64,000 nucleotides of DNA from Vicugna vicugna. Taxonomy: Eukaryota. A program made the translations under genes and the position numbers. Positions 48,909 to 62,237 of the stretch are shown here, in pieces. The DNA lies in NCBI GenBank assembly GCA_013265495.1, contig MU058059.1, positions 992,001-1,056,000 on the forward strand, given 5' to 3'. The notes under the pieces were generated by a model. The model was not told the DNA's origin. It was given only the letters and a program-made list of their open reading frames with translations, and ran no database searches. Within the stretch, counting starts at the first letter, position 1, and every line of letters starts with the position of its first letter.

Positions 48909-49029
48909 ACTTTGTGGGGGAGGTAATTAGGTTTACTAATTTAATTTTTAGAGGAGGTACTGGGGAATGAACCCAGGACCTTGTGCATACCAAGCATGTG
49001 CTCTACCACTTAAGCTATACCCTCCCTCC
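48909..49029 (-). mobile_element. Vic-1-like SINE with perfect 17-bp TSD
   Basis: TSD tctttccatcttatttt at 48892-48908 and 49030-49046; body gaacccaggaccttgtgc...agctataccctccc. Confidence 0.92.
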
Positions 49030-49964
49030 TCTTTCCATCTTATTTTGATCTTTGCTTAAGCACTATGATACCATCCAGATGTGAAAATATAAGCATCCAC
49101 CTTCCCCAAGATGCTCTTTGCCCTACAAATCCTTTCAAAATCTGTGTGCTGGATTTGGTTTTCTGCCACTGCTACAGAAATGCTGAAAGTAATCTAAGGT
49201 GTTTGCATAAAAGGGTGATATAAAAATGGAGCGAGTACGAGAGCTGATTAAAGCTGAACCTAAAATTTGATGGGTTCCCCTGGTTGTCATGGCAACCAAC
49301 TGATGAGTGATGGGTGGGGGACATCCACAGTCCATGCTAATCTAGCTGTGGGAACTATAAGAATAAAGAACTCTCATGCCTACCTTAAAAATCAGTTTTT
49401 AAGAAAAAGCTCCCTCAGGGCAACATTAAGAAAGACTAAACAATTTTGGCAGCACAACCTTGCCTGATAAGAGTCCCTTTTTAATTTCAACTTTTTCAAG
49501 CTTAATTCGCTCAGTAGGAAGAGACGGCTGGTGACTGAACTAAGTCACCGCCCCAGGTGAGGTACACGTTTATTGAAATAGGGGAATTAAGCTCGCAGAT
49601 CCTAAAGTTCTAGAAAACACCTCAGGATACCCCGCCGCACCATCCCGAAAATCGACATTTGTTCGGGGACATTGATCAGGAAGGGGAACATGTGCACATT
49701 TATTGAAAGGAAATTGAATGGCGGGCGTTGTTATGTGACTCGAATGTTACATTCCATACTTTACATGGTGATTTCCAAGACTTTCCATGGGGGGAAAAGA
49801 AGAAAGACGCTATTATCGTCTGTGGTTTCTTGGGGCCATACAAGGCAAATCCTTCATTAGGAGTGCCACGCTTTTAAAAGGCGAGGGGTAGGACGGGATG
49901 AGCTGTCCAATGAGAAATTTTAATTTTCAAGTCTGATGCATAGCTGTAATTAATTTTTAAGGTT

Positions 49965-51128
49965 TGTTTGAGTTGCTGAGCCTGGAGCATCCTGTGATGC
50001 CGGGAAGTAAGGAGGTGATAAAAAAAAGTGTGTGTGTGTTGGGGGTGGTGCATAGGGAAAGGGCATAGAAGCCAGTTTGCAAGAGCTCCTAATGGCTAAG
50101 GCTGGAACAACTGGAGCAAAAAAAAGCAAAAACAGAAACAAAACAAATAAGGATAGTGTTGAATTATAGCCCAGAGAATCAAGTAAGCATCCAAGGGTCT
50201 GTACTGCTGTAAATAAACTGACTGAATAAATAAACGAAAGCAGGAAAAGGAATAACTCTTCCAGGAGAATTCCAACTAATAATTGTAGAAAGAATGAAGG
50301 AAATAGGAAAGTCGCCAGTAGAAAACTACAGGGAGTTGGGGGGGTGGAGGGCAGCGGTAGAGCACGGGCTCAGCATGCACCAGGTCCTGGGTTCCGTCCC
50401 CAGCACCTCCGTTGAAAAGCAAACACAAAACTCATAAACCTAAATTACCTGCTCCCCAAGAAACTAAGCAAAAGAAAAGAAAAAAGAAAACCATAGGAAT
50501 ATTTGCTACAGGCAAGACCCATTGATGAAGGCTAAAATTAGTGGGTGAATAGTTAAGTGGAAACCTTCAAAGTATCTCCCCACAAACATCTCTTAACTGC
50601 AAAAGGATACAATGCTACCCTTACTGTCAGAACCACCTTGACCAAGTGATGAAAGTTAACGTCATCAATGGTAGTACGTTGACATAGATGTCACCGCCCT
50701 CCTGGCGTGATGCCCTGGGAGGTCACGTCACCTACAAAGCTTCTTCCCCAAATGCATTAACCTCAGTCTAATCGTGGGAACACGTGAGGCAAACCCAAAT
50801 TGAGGGACATTCTACAAAAGATATTGAGTTACTCTTACAACGTGCCAAGGCCGCGACAGACAAGATCAGAGGAGACAGTAAGTCAACTAACGTGCAGGGT
50901 GGGATCCTGGAATGAATCCTGGAACAGAAGAAGGGAGTGAGCGGAAAACTGTGAAATCAGAGCATCTGCTGTGTGGTTAATAGGACTGTACTCGTGTTGA
51001 TCACTGTACTATGTTTATGTAAGTTGCTATCGCCAGGGGTAGCTGAGTGTGGGATATACAGGCACTGTATTATTTTTATAACTCCTCTGTTAAGTCTACA
51101 ATGATTTCAAAATAAAAGTTAAAAAAAT
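49965..51128 (+). mobile_element. Old L1 (L1MC/L1MD-type) 3' region
   Basis: ccttgaccaagtgatgaaagttaac, caaacccaaattgagggacattctacaaaa, gggatcctggaatgaatcctggaacagaa; ends ttcaaaataaaagttaaaaaaa. Confidence 0.8.
50335..50490 (+). mobile_element. Vic-1-like SINE nested in the old L1
   Basis: ggtagagcacgggctcagcatgcaccaggtcctgggttcc; TSD agaaaactacagg / agaaaaccatagg. Confidence 0.85.
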
Positions 51129-51136
51129 AAAAGATC

Positions 51137-51410
51137 TAATATGGCTACTGGGGGGAAACAGGGGGTGGTGGAGGGACAACTTGGGAGTTTCAGATTTGCA
51201 GATACCAACTACTATTTATAAAATAGATAACCAACAAAGTCTACTGTAGAGCACGGAACTATAGTTGATATGTTGTGATAGCCTGTAATGAAAAAGAATA
51301 TGAAAAGGAATATATATGTATGTATAACCGAATCACTATGCTTACACCAGAAATGAATACAACATTGTAAATCAACCATATTTCAATAAAATAAATAACT
51401 AAATAAAAGA
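51137..51410 (+). mobile_element. Younger L1 3' end inserted in the A-tail of the old L1
   Basis: ttgggagtttcagatttgcagata...gaatcactatgc...caataaaa; TSD aataaaagatcta / aataaaagattcta. Confidence 0.85.
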
Positions 51411-54400
51411 TTCTAAAACTTCATTGAGCTGCTCTGTTTGCAAACTGAACTGCATCTTGAAGGATGGTAAACAGTGACAACAGGGATTATAGCTAGTTCA
51501 GATAAACGACGAAGTGACCCAGTTCCATCCCTCACTCAGCCAGTTACGAGCTGTGGCCTTGAACAAGCCTCTCAGTTTCTTCATTCTTAGAGAGGGGATG
51601 AGTCAGGGTCCCTAGCTCGAGGAGCCAGAAACTTGGCTAATAACAATTGCTGACTTACTGACGTCTTACAGGGGGAGCTAGGGCTCTGTGTCTTTTGCGT
51701 GTCCCAGTTCATTTAATCCTCTCAATAAGTCTATCATGTAGCTACTCTTGTTACTGCCATTTGAGAGATGAGGCAATGGACAAGGTAAGGAGAGAGACAA
51801 GATGCTGGCAAGAAACGGATCAAGGAAAGGGGCTGACGGGGTGAGACAGACTTCGGCAGCATCACAGCCCTCCGGGAAAGAACCACGGAGGAGAGCGTGG
51901 GATGAGGGGGCGAACGGCGGGTCCCTGGGCCAAGTTCTGGAGCAGATGGATGACGAGCACAGGTGGAGGCCAGGCCTTGAACTGAGAGGGACCCCCACAG
52001 CCTCAGAAACGAGAAGGAAGGAGAGGGAGAAGGGCTGAGTTACATATAAGTTTGTAAGTAATGCATCAGGAAGTTGAGGAACTCAACTCTGTCACCTCCG
52101 TTGTTTCATCTAAGTTCCCAAGGAAATAAAAATTCTCACTTCCTGTCCCAAGCCCCCCCACTTCTACTGGTCCTTCCCACCAGTGGAACCCCGATTCCCT
52201 GCAGCCTCCACACCTTCCGTCAAGCTCGTGTATTGGATGAGAAGAGATGGGGTCAGCCATCAATGTGGGGTGGGACATAGCCATGAGAATTCTACCTAAT
52301 AAGGCTTTTTCCCTCCACATCCTGATAGCATCTGTAGGGCAACCAAACACAAAATCAGAACTTTCCCCTCAAACAAACCACCGTACAGCAAAACATTCGC
52401 TGCCTACAATAACACCCTTCAAACTGGAAAACGGATAGGTGCCTCTGGGGGCACACAAGATTACCTGTAGAGGAATGCGCTGGCCTGTGCAGTTTTAAGA
52501 GACTCAGTTTCCAGATTCTTAACTTCCAGATCCTAAAACTGATCTGCCTGAGAAAGCACCAGCATCCTGAGGTTCTCCTCTCTAACCCCCGATTTCACAA
52601 GCCCCTTCCTCCCACTAGACACGGCAGAGGCGAACCGGCCCCCGCGCCCACGCCAGGCAGCGCGACGTCCCAGGATGGTGAACTCTAGAGGGCGGGAAAA
52701 GGGATGAGCCAGAGAACGACCAGGTTGAGTTCGCCAGTGGTTGGAAATACTTGGGTGCCTGGTTAACACGACTTAGCCAAGTACTTGGTTTTCCTTTCAG
52801 CCAAACCAAGAAAGGGCAAAACGAAGTAGTTAACAGATGAAGTTCAAAGAATTGGGGGAATATTTGCTGTAATGCAGTTCTTCTATCTACACAGCTACTC
52901 AGCAATCATCTCTGTGCCTGTCTAAGAAATGGAGAAAGAGGAAGAGGGGGAAGAAAGGGAAAAAGGAGGAGGGTGGGAGGGACAGAGGAAGGATGTGGCT
53001 GCACCATGTCTCACTTTAACCATATTTACTCACAAATGCATAAACTAATGGACAGTATGCTCTGCCTGTCTTATAAAGAGGTTGATCCGCAATAACACTT
53101 TACTTTGTAGGCTCAACGTTTACCATCGAATGTAATGGACTGGCACTGCTTAGATCAAAGTGTCTACTGCTAATAATTACAATGATCGCCTGATCCAGAA
53201 AATATTTTTAAAACTTAGAATGTTATGGCCCCACAAAATGAAAAATGAAGTTCAAATTTCAATTTACATGCCTATTTTGGGGGCAGATAATTATGACAAG
53301 TAATCAATAACATACTTTCAAGCATAAAAATCTCACATGAGGGTAATATTCTGTGGAGGGAGAGGAAGGGAAATAAAAGTTTAAAGAGAAAAAGAAATGA
53401 TGGAAAATATCTGTAAAAGAAAAGCTTGTCCCTGTGCTTGTGAAATAATGACGGAGAGCAAATTGCTACAGTTTTTAGAAGATACAGTAAGAGTGATGTG
53501 CTTGTTTGATTATGAAAAGTACAATATACGCGTGATAGCTGGAACCACATGCTGTACAACCACCTAAATTTAACATAAAAAACTGAACAAAAAAATTGGA
53601 TATGAACCTACAAATGCACAAGGGGTATGTAGTTTTGCAAACTTTCTTTAGATGGTACATGAGCAAAAAGTATGAAGACCACTGGTCCTCAGTGGAGTGC
53701 GGTTCCACCCATATCCCGAAGCCGCCCTTCTCTTTCCACTATGGTTTATACCAATTCCTCTGGATGGTTAAAAAAAAAAAAAAAAGTCAGGTGTGCGAGA
53801 AAGCAAAGACTGTTGAAATAGCAAAGAATGTTTTTGAAACACTAGGTGTGAAGACACGGATCTAGATTTCCCAGAGGCATAGCCACGTTTGCTAGGGGGC
53901 TCCCCTGGGTGTCCTCAATCTCTGATTAAATGCAAAACATCTGTGGGTGATACTGAGTATTTGTCAACAAGAGGAGAGACTAACAAAGTTCCAGTAATGT
54001 TGTTCCCTAGCGGTGTATTTACAAACCATACCCAGGCTCTCTAATGGAGGAAGCACGTGAGAAGTTTTGCTCTTAAAGTCCATACTTTCAGACCCCCGAA
54101 TTTCCAAAATAAGTCACTGCATGTTATATTTTAACCACTACTTCTTCAAAGAACCCTGGTATAGCCCCGACCGGCTTCGAACTTACAGAATTCTATGAGA
54201 AACTCAAGCTGCAAAATTAGACAAGGAAAACCAAGACTTCTGGTAATAAAAACTTGAGGAACTGTTTAAAAGATTGAGTTTAGGGCTGGCCCTCCCATCT
54301 CTTAAGGAACTTCTCCATAAATACAATTTCACAAAATGTATCTTGATCATAATCTGCAGATTTCATTGGGCAACATTTCCTTGCAACAGGAGTGCATAGC

Positions 54401-55371
54401 ATTTTAGAACAATTTTCAGTCATCTAGAATAGGAATGCTCAAAATTAGTCCTTCAGATCTAAAGCAATTGAAAAGAAGAAATAATGAAACAGCAACAGCA
54501 AGCTCTGTTAGTTCCTCTGACAAGCACCTAGCTAACTAGGGCCAATATCCTGTCCTTTATTATTCTAAGTACCCTCGAGGGCACCATTGCGAGTGGCGGC
54601 AGAGGCTGGGCTGCAGGCTTGTCTTCAAGGGGATGGGGACCTAGTGGGTGGGGGCAGCTGCTGCTGATGGTTTCGCGTTCTTCGTTTACTGACAGGGTTT
54701 GCAGTATTTTTCCGTTCACAGGTAAGCAGAACTTTTTTGGTTAGATGGCTGCATCTTAAAGAGGGCGCTCAGATACCTGCATATTTTCAGCAAGCACTGG
54801 TACTTACTGTATGAAGTTAATCAAATGCTTAATACCAACCACTCACTTTTAAATTTGGAATTACTGTCACTGCCGTGTGCCTGACCAAAACAACAATTAA
54901 GGGTCAGCAGGGCTCATGAACAATCAGATTAAAACGTTCCTGAGGTGTGATATTCAACGTAGTCCTCAAATTAGGAATCCCCGCACTGTGAGTGATAGCC
55001 CACCGCAGGGAGGAGAGGGAGGCGGGGACTAGACGGGAGCACATTCTCAGCCCCGTCCTGGCGCGTGCATTTTACTACGCAGTTCACAACACGAGGCTGG
55101 GTGGCCCACCCAGAGATGTGCGTTTCTCTTACACAGAGGTGAAACCTTGCTTCTTTTCCTTTGTGTGTCTCCCGAGAACAGACAGCTTTTGACAGCTAAA
55201 TTTCAATGCCTCTGAGAAAGGGGGATGCTTTTCTGGTGTCCTAGTGGGAATTCATAATATATTTCCCCATGGCAACACTGTGCAAATCATAGGTATAATT
55301 AAACTGTGGTCCTTACAGTTAAGTTTAGCTAGACAGAACTTGCAGCTAGATGAATTCTGCTTCAAAACTTG

Positions 55372-55793
55372 TATTGTCATTCCAAGTGAAGTAAGCCAGA
55401 AAGAAAAAGAAAAATACCGTATGATATCACGCATATGTGGAATCTTAAAAAAAAAAAGAAAAAGAAAAAAGAGGACACTAATGAACTCATCTACAAAACA
55501 GAAACAGGCTCACAGACATAGTAAACAATCTTACAGTTACCTAGGGAAAGAGAAAGGGAAGGGATAAATTTGGGAGTTTGAAGTTTGTAAATGTTAACCA
55601 ATAGATATAAAAATAGATTAAAAAAAAGATGTCTTCCATATAGCACAGAGAACTATATTCAACATCTTGTAATAACTTTTCATGAAAAAGAATGTGAAAA
55701 TGAATGTATGCATATATATGTATGACTGGGACAATATGCTGTACACCAGAAACTGACACATTGTAACGTACTATACTTCAATTAAAAAAAAAA
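55372..55793 (+). mobile_element. L1 3' end (~420 bp)
   Basis: aagtgaagtaagccagaaagaaaaagaaaaatacc...tatgctgtacaccagaaactgacac...cttcaattaaaaaaa. Confidence 0.9.
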
Positions 55794-56170
55794 CCCTTCT
55801 TGTCAGAGCTGTTTTCACTATGTATGACTCAAACTTTCTCAGATACACATTAATGAGTCTTTCAAAAGAGTATTATGAGTTGGTTATGGGTCAGTTGTTA
55901 TAACTCTCATGAAGAGGATGTCTAGCGGTGGAGGGTTTACTACTCATCCAGTTCACTCTGGATAGGAAAGGTGCTACTTTTCAATCCTTCAGAGCATCGG
56001 GAGTTAAACAGGCTTTAGGGTGGCTGGCTTGGGCGCTGAACCACCATGGACAATACTTTTAACGTGAAAAAATGTATTTAAAATTCTAAATAAGCAGTTC
56101 CCCAGCTTCAAGAATACAACCCATTCTTATGTTGGGAACTTCCCTTACTCACACAGGTTTTATTTCTCTG

Positions 56171-56232
56171 CTGTTGCCTGGCAACAGAGATGTGGCAAGA
56201 GATGTCAGAGGTGAGGGAGCAGACTGACGTCA
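56171..56232. promoter_or_regulatory. RFX X-box palindrome plus perfect CRE
   Basis: CTGTTGCCTGGCAACAG at 56171-56187 and TGACGTCA at 56225-56232. Confidence 0.5.
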
Positions 56233-56574
56233 TTATGGAAAGCAAGCTTATCAGCATTTTCCATCTAACTTCATAATCCTGGAAATAAAATAGATTCCAT
56301 TGTATTGAGTAGTCTGTATTTTTTTTCTTATCAAATGCCAAGTTTTTAGAGACTTTCTTTCTTTCTGAATATAAATCCAGTATACATGGAGAGTTTAAAT
56401 TATGTGCATTGCTTTGCAATGGACTTCTCTGTTCCACTAGCACCATTTGAAGGGTAAAGTGGGAAACTCCTGGCATTGTGAAGTCAAGTGCTATGAGAAA
56501 AGTGGTTGTGAACACACTCGAAAGTGTTCCAAGAGGTCTCAGAAATACACGTTGGCTCTAAATTTCCTCACTTT

Positions 56575-56970
56575 TGAGAATGTCATTCTAAGTGAAGTAA
56601 GCCAGAAAGAGAAGGAAAAATACCATATGAGATTGCTCATATGTGGAGTCTATAAAGAAACAAAACATAAATACAAAACAGAAACAGACTTACAGAATAC
56701 AAACTTGTGGTTGCCAAGGGGGCGAGAGGTGGGAAGGGACAGACTGGGATTTCAATTGCAGAATAGATAAACAAGATTATACTGTACAGCACAGGGAAAT
56801 ATATACAAGACCTTGTGGTAGCTCACAGCGAAAAAAATGTGACAATGAATATATGTATGTTCATGGATAACTGAAAAATTGTGCTCTCCACTGGAATTTG
56901 ACACAACATTGTAAAATGACTATTACTCAATAAAAAAATGTTAAGTAAAATAAAATATTAAGAAAAAAAA
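56575..56970 (+). mobile_element. L1 3' end (~400 bp, different 3'UTR subtype)
   Basis: gtcattctaagtgaagtaagccagaaagag...ttgacacaacattgtaaaatgactattactcaataaaaaaa. Confidence 0.9.
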
Positions 56971-59900
56971 GAATCATCAGTTAATGTCAAACAAACCGCA
57001 TTTTCAAATACATTGGCCTGCTCATTAAGACATGATTCTTTAGAGAAAGGACTGCAAATAGGAAAATTCTGGTTTGCTGGCTTCCATTTTGAACTGAGCT
57101 GGAATGTGATCAAAATGTAAGGATCATCTCTAGGAGGTTTCTTGGTTTTTTTTTTTTTTTTACCCCTTTTCAGCCTGTTCTGTATCAAATATTAGGCCCC
57201 TGAGGCTTCGTAGCTCATGGACAGTTGATTGCATTTCGGCATGATGCATTTTAGGACTTCTTTTCCAGTGGGCATCACAAAATGTGCTTTTAATGACATT
57301 TCTTTCTAGGCAATGTGGTTGTTCCACAATTCCTGGCCCAAATTTTTAACTTTTCCAAGTAATTGCTACCAAGGTAAGGCAACCCGAGGCAGAATCACAC
57401 ACCGTGTTGGTTTGAGGTGGACCCAGAGCTAGTTTTGGAGGAAGATTTTTATCCCTGCTGTGGGTCCCCTCTTGTTTCATCCCTAAGGGAAGCCGTGGTG
57501 ACCATCCATTCAGGGATGTGGCCTTAAGTTTCACTAGAGAAACTTAACTCGGTCCTTCTTCCATTGACTCCCAAATGCCTCGGCAACACGGCACCCAGTT
57601 CTGGTTGGAGATAATAAACCAAGATTCTGCATTGAATAATGCTTATGGAAAGCTCAGTTGGGAGAAACACATCCATGAAAACAATTGCCTGGAGGAGGGG
57701 GGACAGCCTGTCTGTCTCAGTTTCCTCCCGGGTAGACGACATCGCCCACGTGCTGTCAGTTTGCTGCTGGGGGAATCGAGGCGCATCTTGCACGACGACT
57801 CCTGGAGTGCGTGGCTGGTTTCCCCAAGACTTCAGCCCGTGCACCTTTTCCCTTTGCTGTTTTTGCTCTGAGTCACTTTGCTCTAATTCAGCTTAGCTGT
57901 GAGCATCACTGGATGCTGAATCTGGGGTCCTCCCAGCAAGTCACTGAATCTGGGATGCCCTGACACGACTTCTGTCTTGTCTAGTCTCTCCTGCTCAGCT
58001 TGCAGCATCATTTCAAATCTCCTGTCCAACTTGTACAGCCCTTCGTCACCTGTCCTCCTTACTTGCCCCAGGATGCCCGCTGGGTTCCAGTGCTCGCCCA
58101 CGGCTTCAGTTACAGCCCCCACCGGTGCCGCAGGGATGGCCCCTGGCGGGGAGAAGGTTCTCACCCTGGAGGGGAGAGACCTGGCTCCTGGTCTCAGTTC
58201 CCTCCGTCCTGCTATTCTGTTCTGTTAATTGTGAGTCATTCAAACCTCTCAAGATCTCACTACCCTGACACGTAAAATGGGAATAAAACTACAGTACTGA
58301 TAACAGCCAGGTGCAAGGTTTGGGTTTTCTGTGCAAATAATTTCTTACCAACTGGCAACTAAAAGGTCCATTCTATTAAAGTTTATTGTGAAGCAAAACA
58401 GCTCTATGAAGAGAGGCCTATCTTCTCTGCAACCTCCATGATAGAAAGTTAATTTTCATATCATTCTGCAAAAAATATCCGGATTCACTGAAAAAACAAT
58501 GTGAGAACTATTTCAGAAGAAGACATTCAAAGGAAAATATAATATGCTACCAAATAGGAACACTACTCAAAACACCACACCAAGCTCTCCCAGGTCGTCG
58601 TGCTGTTTCTGAACGTTACTATCAGAAAAGAAAAGATTGAAGAGAAATTAGCTACCCTGTAGTTGGCAGGGACACGGTTGGGTTCCGGTTCAGCCAGAGC
58701 CCCATGCCCCTCAGGGTAAGGCGGGTGACAAAGACAGCAAGCAGCCCCCTTGGAAACATGAAGAATCCCCTTGGTTAAATACAGGTCGAGATCAAAAGGT
58801 TTCAGCGAGAGAAGAGCCCACTGCAAACCCTCTCTGAGTTTGCCGCTGCTTCCGTACACAGAGCTTGCTAATTAGTCGCTTCTAAAACCAATTATTGTTG
58901 AAATTCATTTTCCCAATAATCAACAAAAGGTCAACAAAGCCACTAAGAGCCGTACTTGAGACTCTCCGGCCTGAAACAGGTCCCTTGTTCTACAGATGGG
59001 CAACTCCGTCCCTTTGAGGTGTAGGTATCATCCATGTTCCAATGAAGCTGTCTTTACAATCACTTACGGAATACACGTCTCTGTAATTCTTGGCACAAAG
59101 GGACGTGAATTACAACTTGTGAATTTGTGAATTGCACAGTTGGGCGTAAGTACATGGCATTCTTGTCTTTGGAGAGCATTCCAACTTCTCTCTTAACTGC
59201 TTCCTCAGCTGAAGTTGCCATCACGACTAAAAGCTGTTTCCAAACTCTTTAAGCACGTGTCCTTAGAGCAAAACATCTCAGAATCAGTCAATGGGCGGGG
59301 ACTGAGAAGAACCAAGGGAAAGGTGAGATGACATTGTAGCTAAACTCCATCTGTTCTCATTTCCAGGTTTTCCTACTACAAACTGAAAAGCAAAGCTTTC
59401 AAACCAGAGAAAAACTAGAGGACAACCAACATTGCAAAGTCATGAATGAACAAAGGTTTCAAGAGGCATCACGCACTCAAGGATAACTTCCGCATTTCCC
59501 TAGTTGAATTGACATGTGGGCTTGCTTAAATATTTATCAAATTCAGAGGTATCATCCCTAAAAAGGGGCATTTCTCCTAAGTATCCATTCATGCTAGCAA
59601 TACAAAGACGTTACCTCCAAATCCTAAGAGGGACTTTGAGCACAGATAGAGGCAGAGTGAGGACGGCATGGTGCCACGCAGAGATTTCAAAGTTCCTGGA
59701 GCCCTGACATTCCGGCGTCTCTTCCTCCGGGAATATCCTCAGTGAAACACCAACAGATCCAGGGAGGTAAAAGCAATTGCGTTACTATCACATCCAGCTA
59801 CTGTCCTGGAATTCAGCTCTCAAAAAATGAGCCTGGAGCAGGAAGCAATCACTGCACAGCATCTTACAGTGTCCTTCAGATTCCTCTCCTCCTATGCCTC

Positions 59901-60739
59901 CCGTGTCCCGCCGTGGCTTCTCCGCATGACTGTGCACCACTCTCGAAAGTGCAGTGACAGCTTCCAGCAGCAGCAAACAGATGCCTAAAGTGACCTAGGG
60001 CTTCCTGTGACTGCCGGCTCCCCCAGCAACATCACAGAATCTTTTGCGCGGTATCGGATTTTCAGTTTAATTATGTAGACGAGCATTTTAAAAATCCTTA
60101 GTTTCCCCAATTGCCGTATTAATATGCACTTCAAACATCTGCAGACGGAGCTGTTGAGAGCAAAATGGAACACTTACACTGATTTGTTCTCCTTCATTTT
60201 GCCAAGGGCTCCCTGAAGCTGTTTCCTTCCACTTTCGTTCCCTATATTTCTTCCAAGAGAGTCTGAGTTCATTTAATTGCTTTATTCCCCAAAGTACAAA
60301 AGTGTTAGTAGGACTATACTGGCCACGCCAATCAGAAGAGATTCTCTACTAAGCAAATGGGCAAATTCCAGCCAAGCCAGTCCACGAAACGGAGTTTCCA
60401 GAGGGGGCGGAACTGAGCAGAGAGCAAGAACTAACTTTTTTTTTGGAGGGGCAGATCCCCTCCTGTGAGATATGCCAGCATTTACACTACCATATGTAAA
60501 CATTACTCCTAAAATCAATCCTGTGAGCACCGTGTTATCCCCATTTTTACAGATGCAGAAGTGATCTCAAAAGGACCAAGTAACTTGCCCAATATTTCCC
60601 GCAAACCAGTAAGAAAATCACAACCCAAGAGAAAAGCGATCAAAATACGTGACTAGACGTCTCGCGGGAGAACAAGCACACAGTGCCAGCGAGCGTGAGA
60701 AGGGAGGCTGAGTTCATTTAACTGCATCATTAGCAGTAC

Positions 60740-61500
60740 TCAGCACCCTTAATAGTCAGAGAAATGCAAATTAGAGCCCCAGTGAATTAACCATTTTATA
60801 CCCATTCAGTTAGCAAAAGGGAAAGAGTCTAACGATGCCAAGAGTTGAAGGATCGTGGATCTACATTCCAATGAGAGTGAGAATTGAGGCAACTGACTTG
60901 GGAAAACAATTTGGTGCTATCCCCTGAGGCCGAACATTCCTACGCCCCATGATCCAGCAATTCGACTCCGGCCCAAGAAAGATTCTCAGACGTGCGCATG
61001 AAGAGTCATGTTCAACGAAGTCAAAACCCCTGTCTCAGCAGCAGGGAGCTCCTGAGGACACACAAACGCCCCATAGACAAGTGAGTGCACAGATACGCTA
61101 CGGAAGGTTTTACACCTGAGGCTGTTAAACAACAGAACAAAACAAAGGTAGTGTACTGCACGTCACAATGCAGATGAATCTTCCCACTAAAAAGTTAGTC
61201 TCAGAGGATTACATGCAGCATTATGTCCTTTTTAGAAAGTGAAAGACGATTACAATAAAAAGTCTCCCTTTCAGAACACTTCTGAATGCAGTGAGATTGA
61301 ACAGAAAGGAAGAGACAGAGGTAACAAACGTGAGACGCAGGATGCGGTCGGTGCGGGCAGAGACGGGATGAGCTGAGGGAAGAGCCCAGTGGTTAGACGA
61401 GGTTCCTGCCAAACCCCAGCTTTTGCTTAGGGGGTTGGTCTCACTGGTCTTGCTGTATTTACAGTGTCTAACTAATAATAACCAAAGAGACAAATAAAGA
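60740..61500 (+). mobile_element. Ancient L1 (L1ME-type) fragment
   Basis: tagtcagagaaatgcaaatta...ccattttatacccatt...gggaaaacaatttgg...catgatccagcaattc resemble a degenerate ORF2 C-terminus and 3'UTR. Confidence 0.65.
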
Positions 61501-62237
61501 GGTAACACCGATGAGAGTGTATCATTAACCCAGCATTACCAGTAGTCTAGTTTTGTACATCTGAGGTCCTAAAAACACCCAAAGAAGCAAGAAAAAACCA
61601 ACAATTAAACAAAAATTGGGCCCAGGTCACACAGGGCAGCATCAAGGACTCAAATTCAGGTCCAGAGGACTCCAAAGCCCATAGTGCCACCGGGCAGGGG
61701 CCACTGCTCTGTTCTCAGCCAGGGACGGACTAACAGGGCAAGTGACTCCCATCCACCCCCGATGTTGGGGTGACCTTGTCTACAGGTCAGAACCGGAACT
61801 GATCAACCGATTTCTTCCAGAAAGTATGGAAAGGCAGGAATGATGTCACCAGCCCAACAGACACTTCTGGGCAATGCACAGGCCGCCCTGGGCTGGAATC
61901 CCGGACCTACTCTGCACTGCCTGTATCACTGGACGGGGGGGGGGGGGCTCCCTCTCCCAGCCTCAGTCTCCTCGGGATGAGAGAATTAGAGATGGCGAGA
62001 GGTGGTGATTAGACAACGAACACTTTTAGTTGCTTATAAGCCAGAGCATTACCAACCTTTTTCTTGCTTTGCCTCTCATCACAATCTATGAGGCATGAAT
62101 GATTATTATTTCCAATTTAAAGATGAAGTGATTGGAAAAAAAAGGAGGTCAAGAAATTTCCTCAAGGTCAGATGATTATGACGGAAGTTTTGAACCCAGC
62201 TCTTTCATGTTCCTCTGCCCAGGCTCTTAACAGTGAA

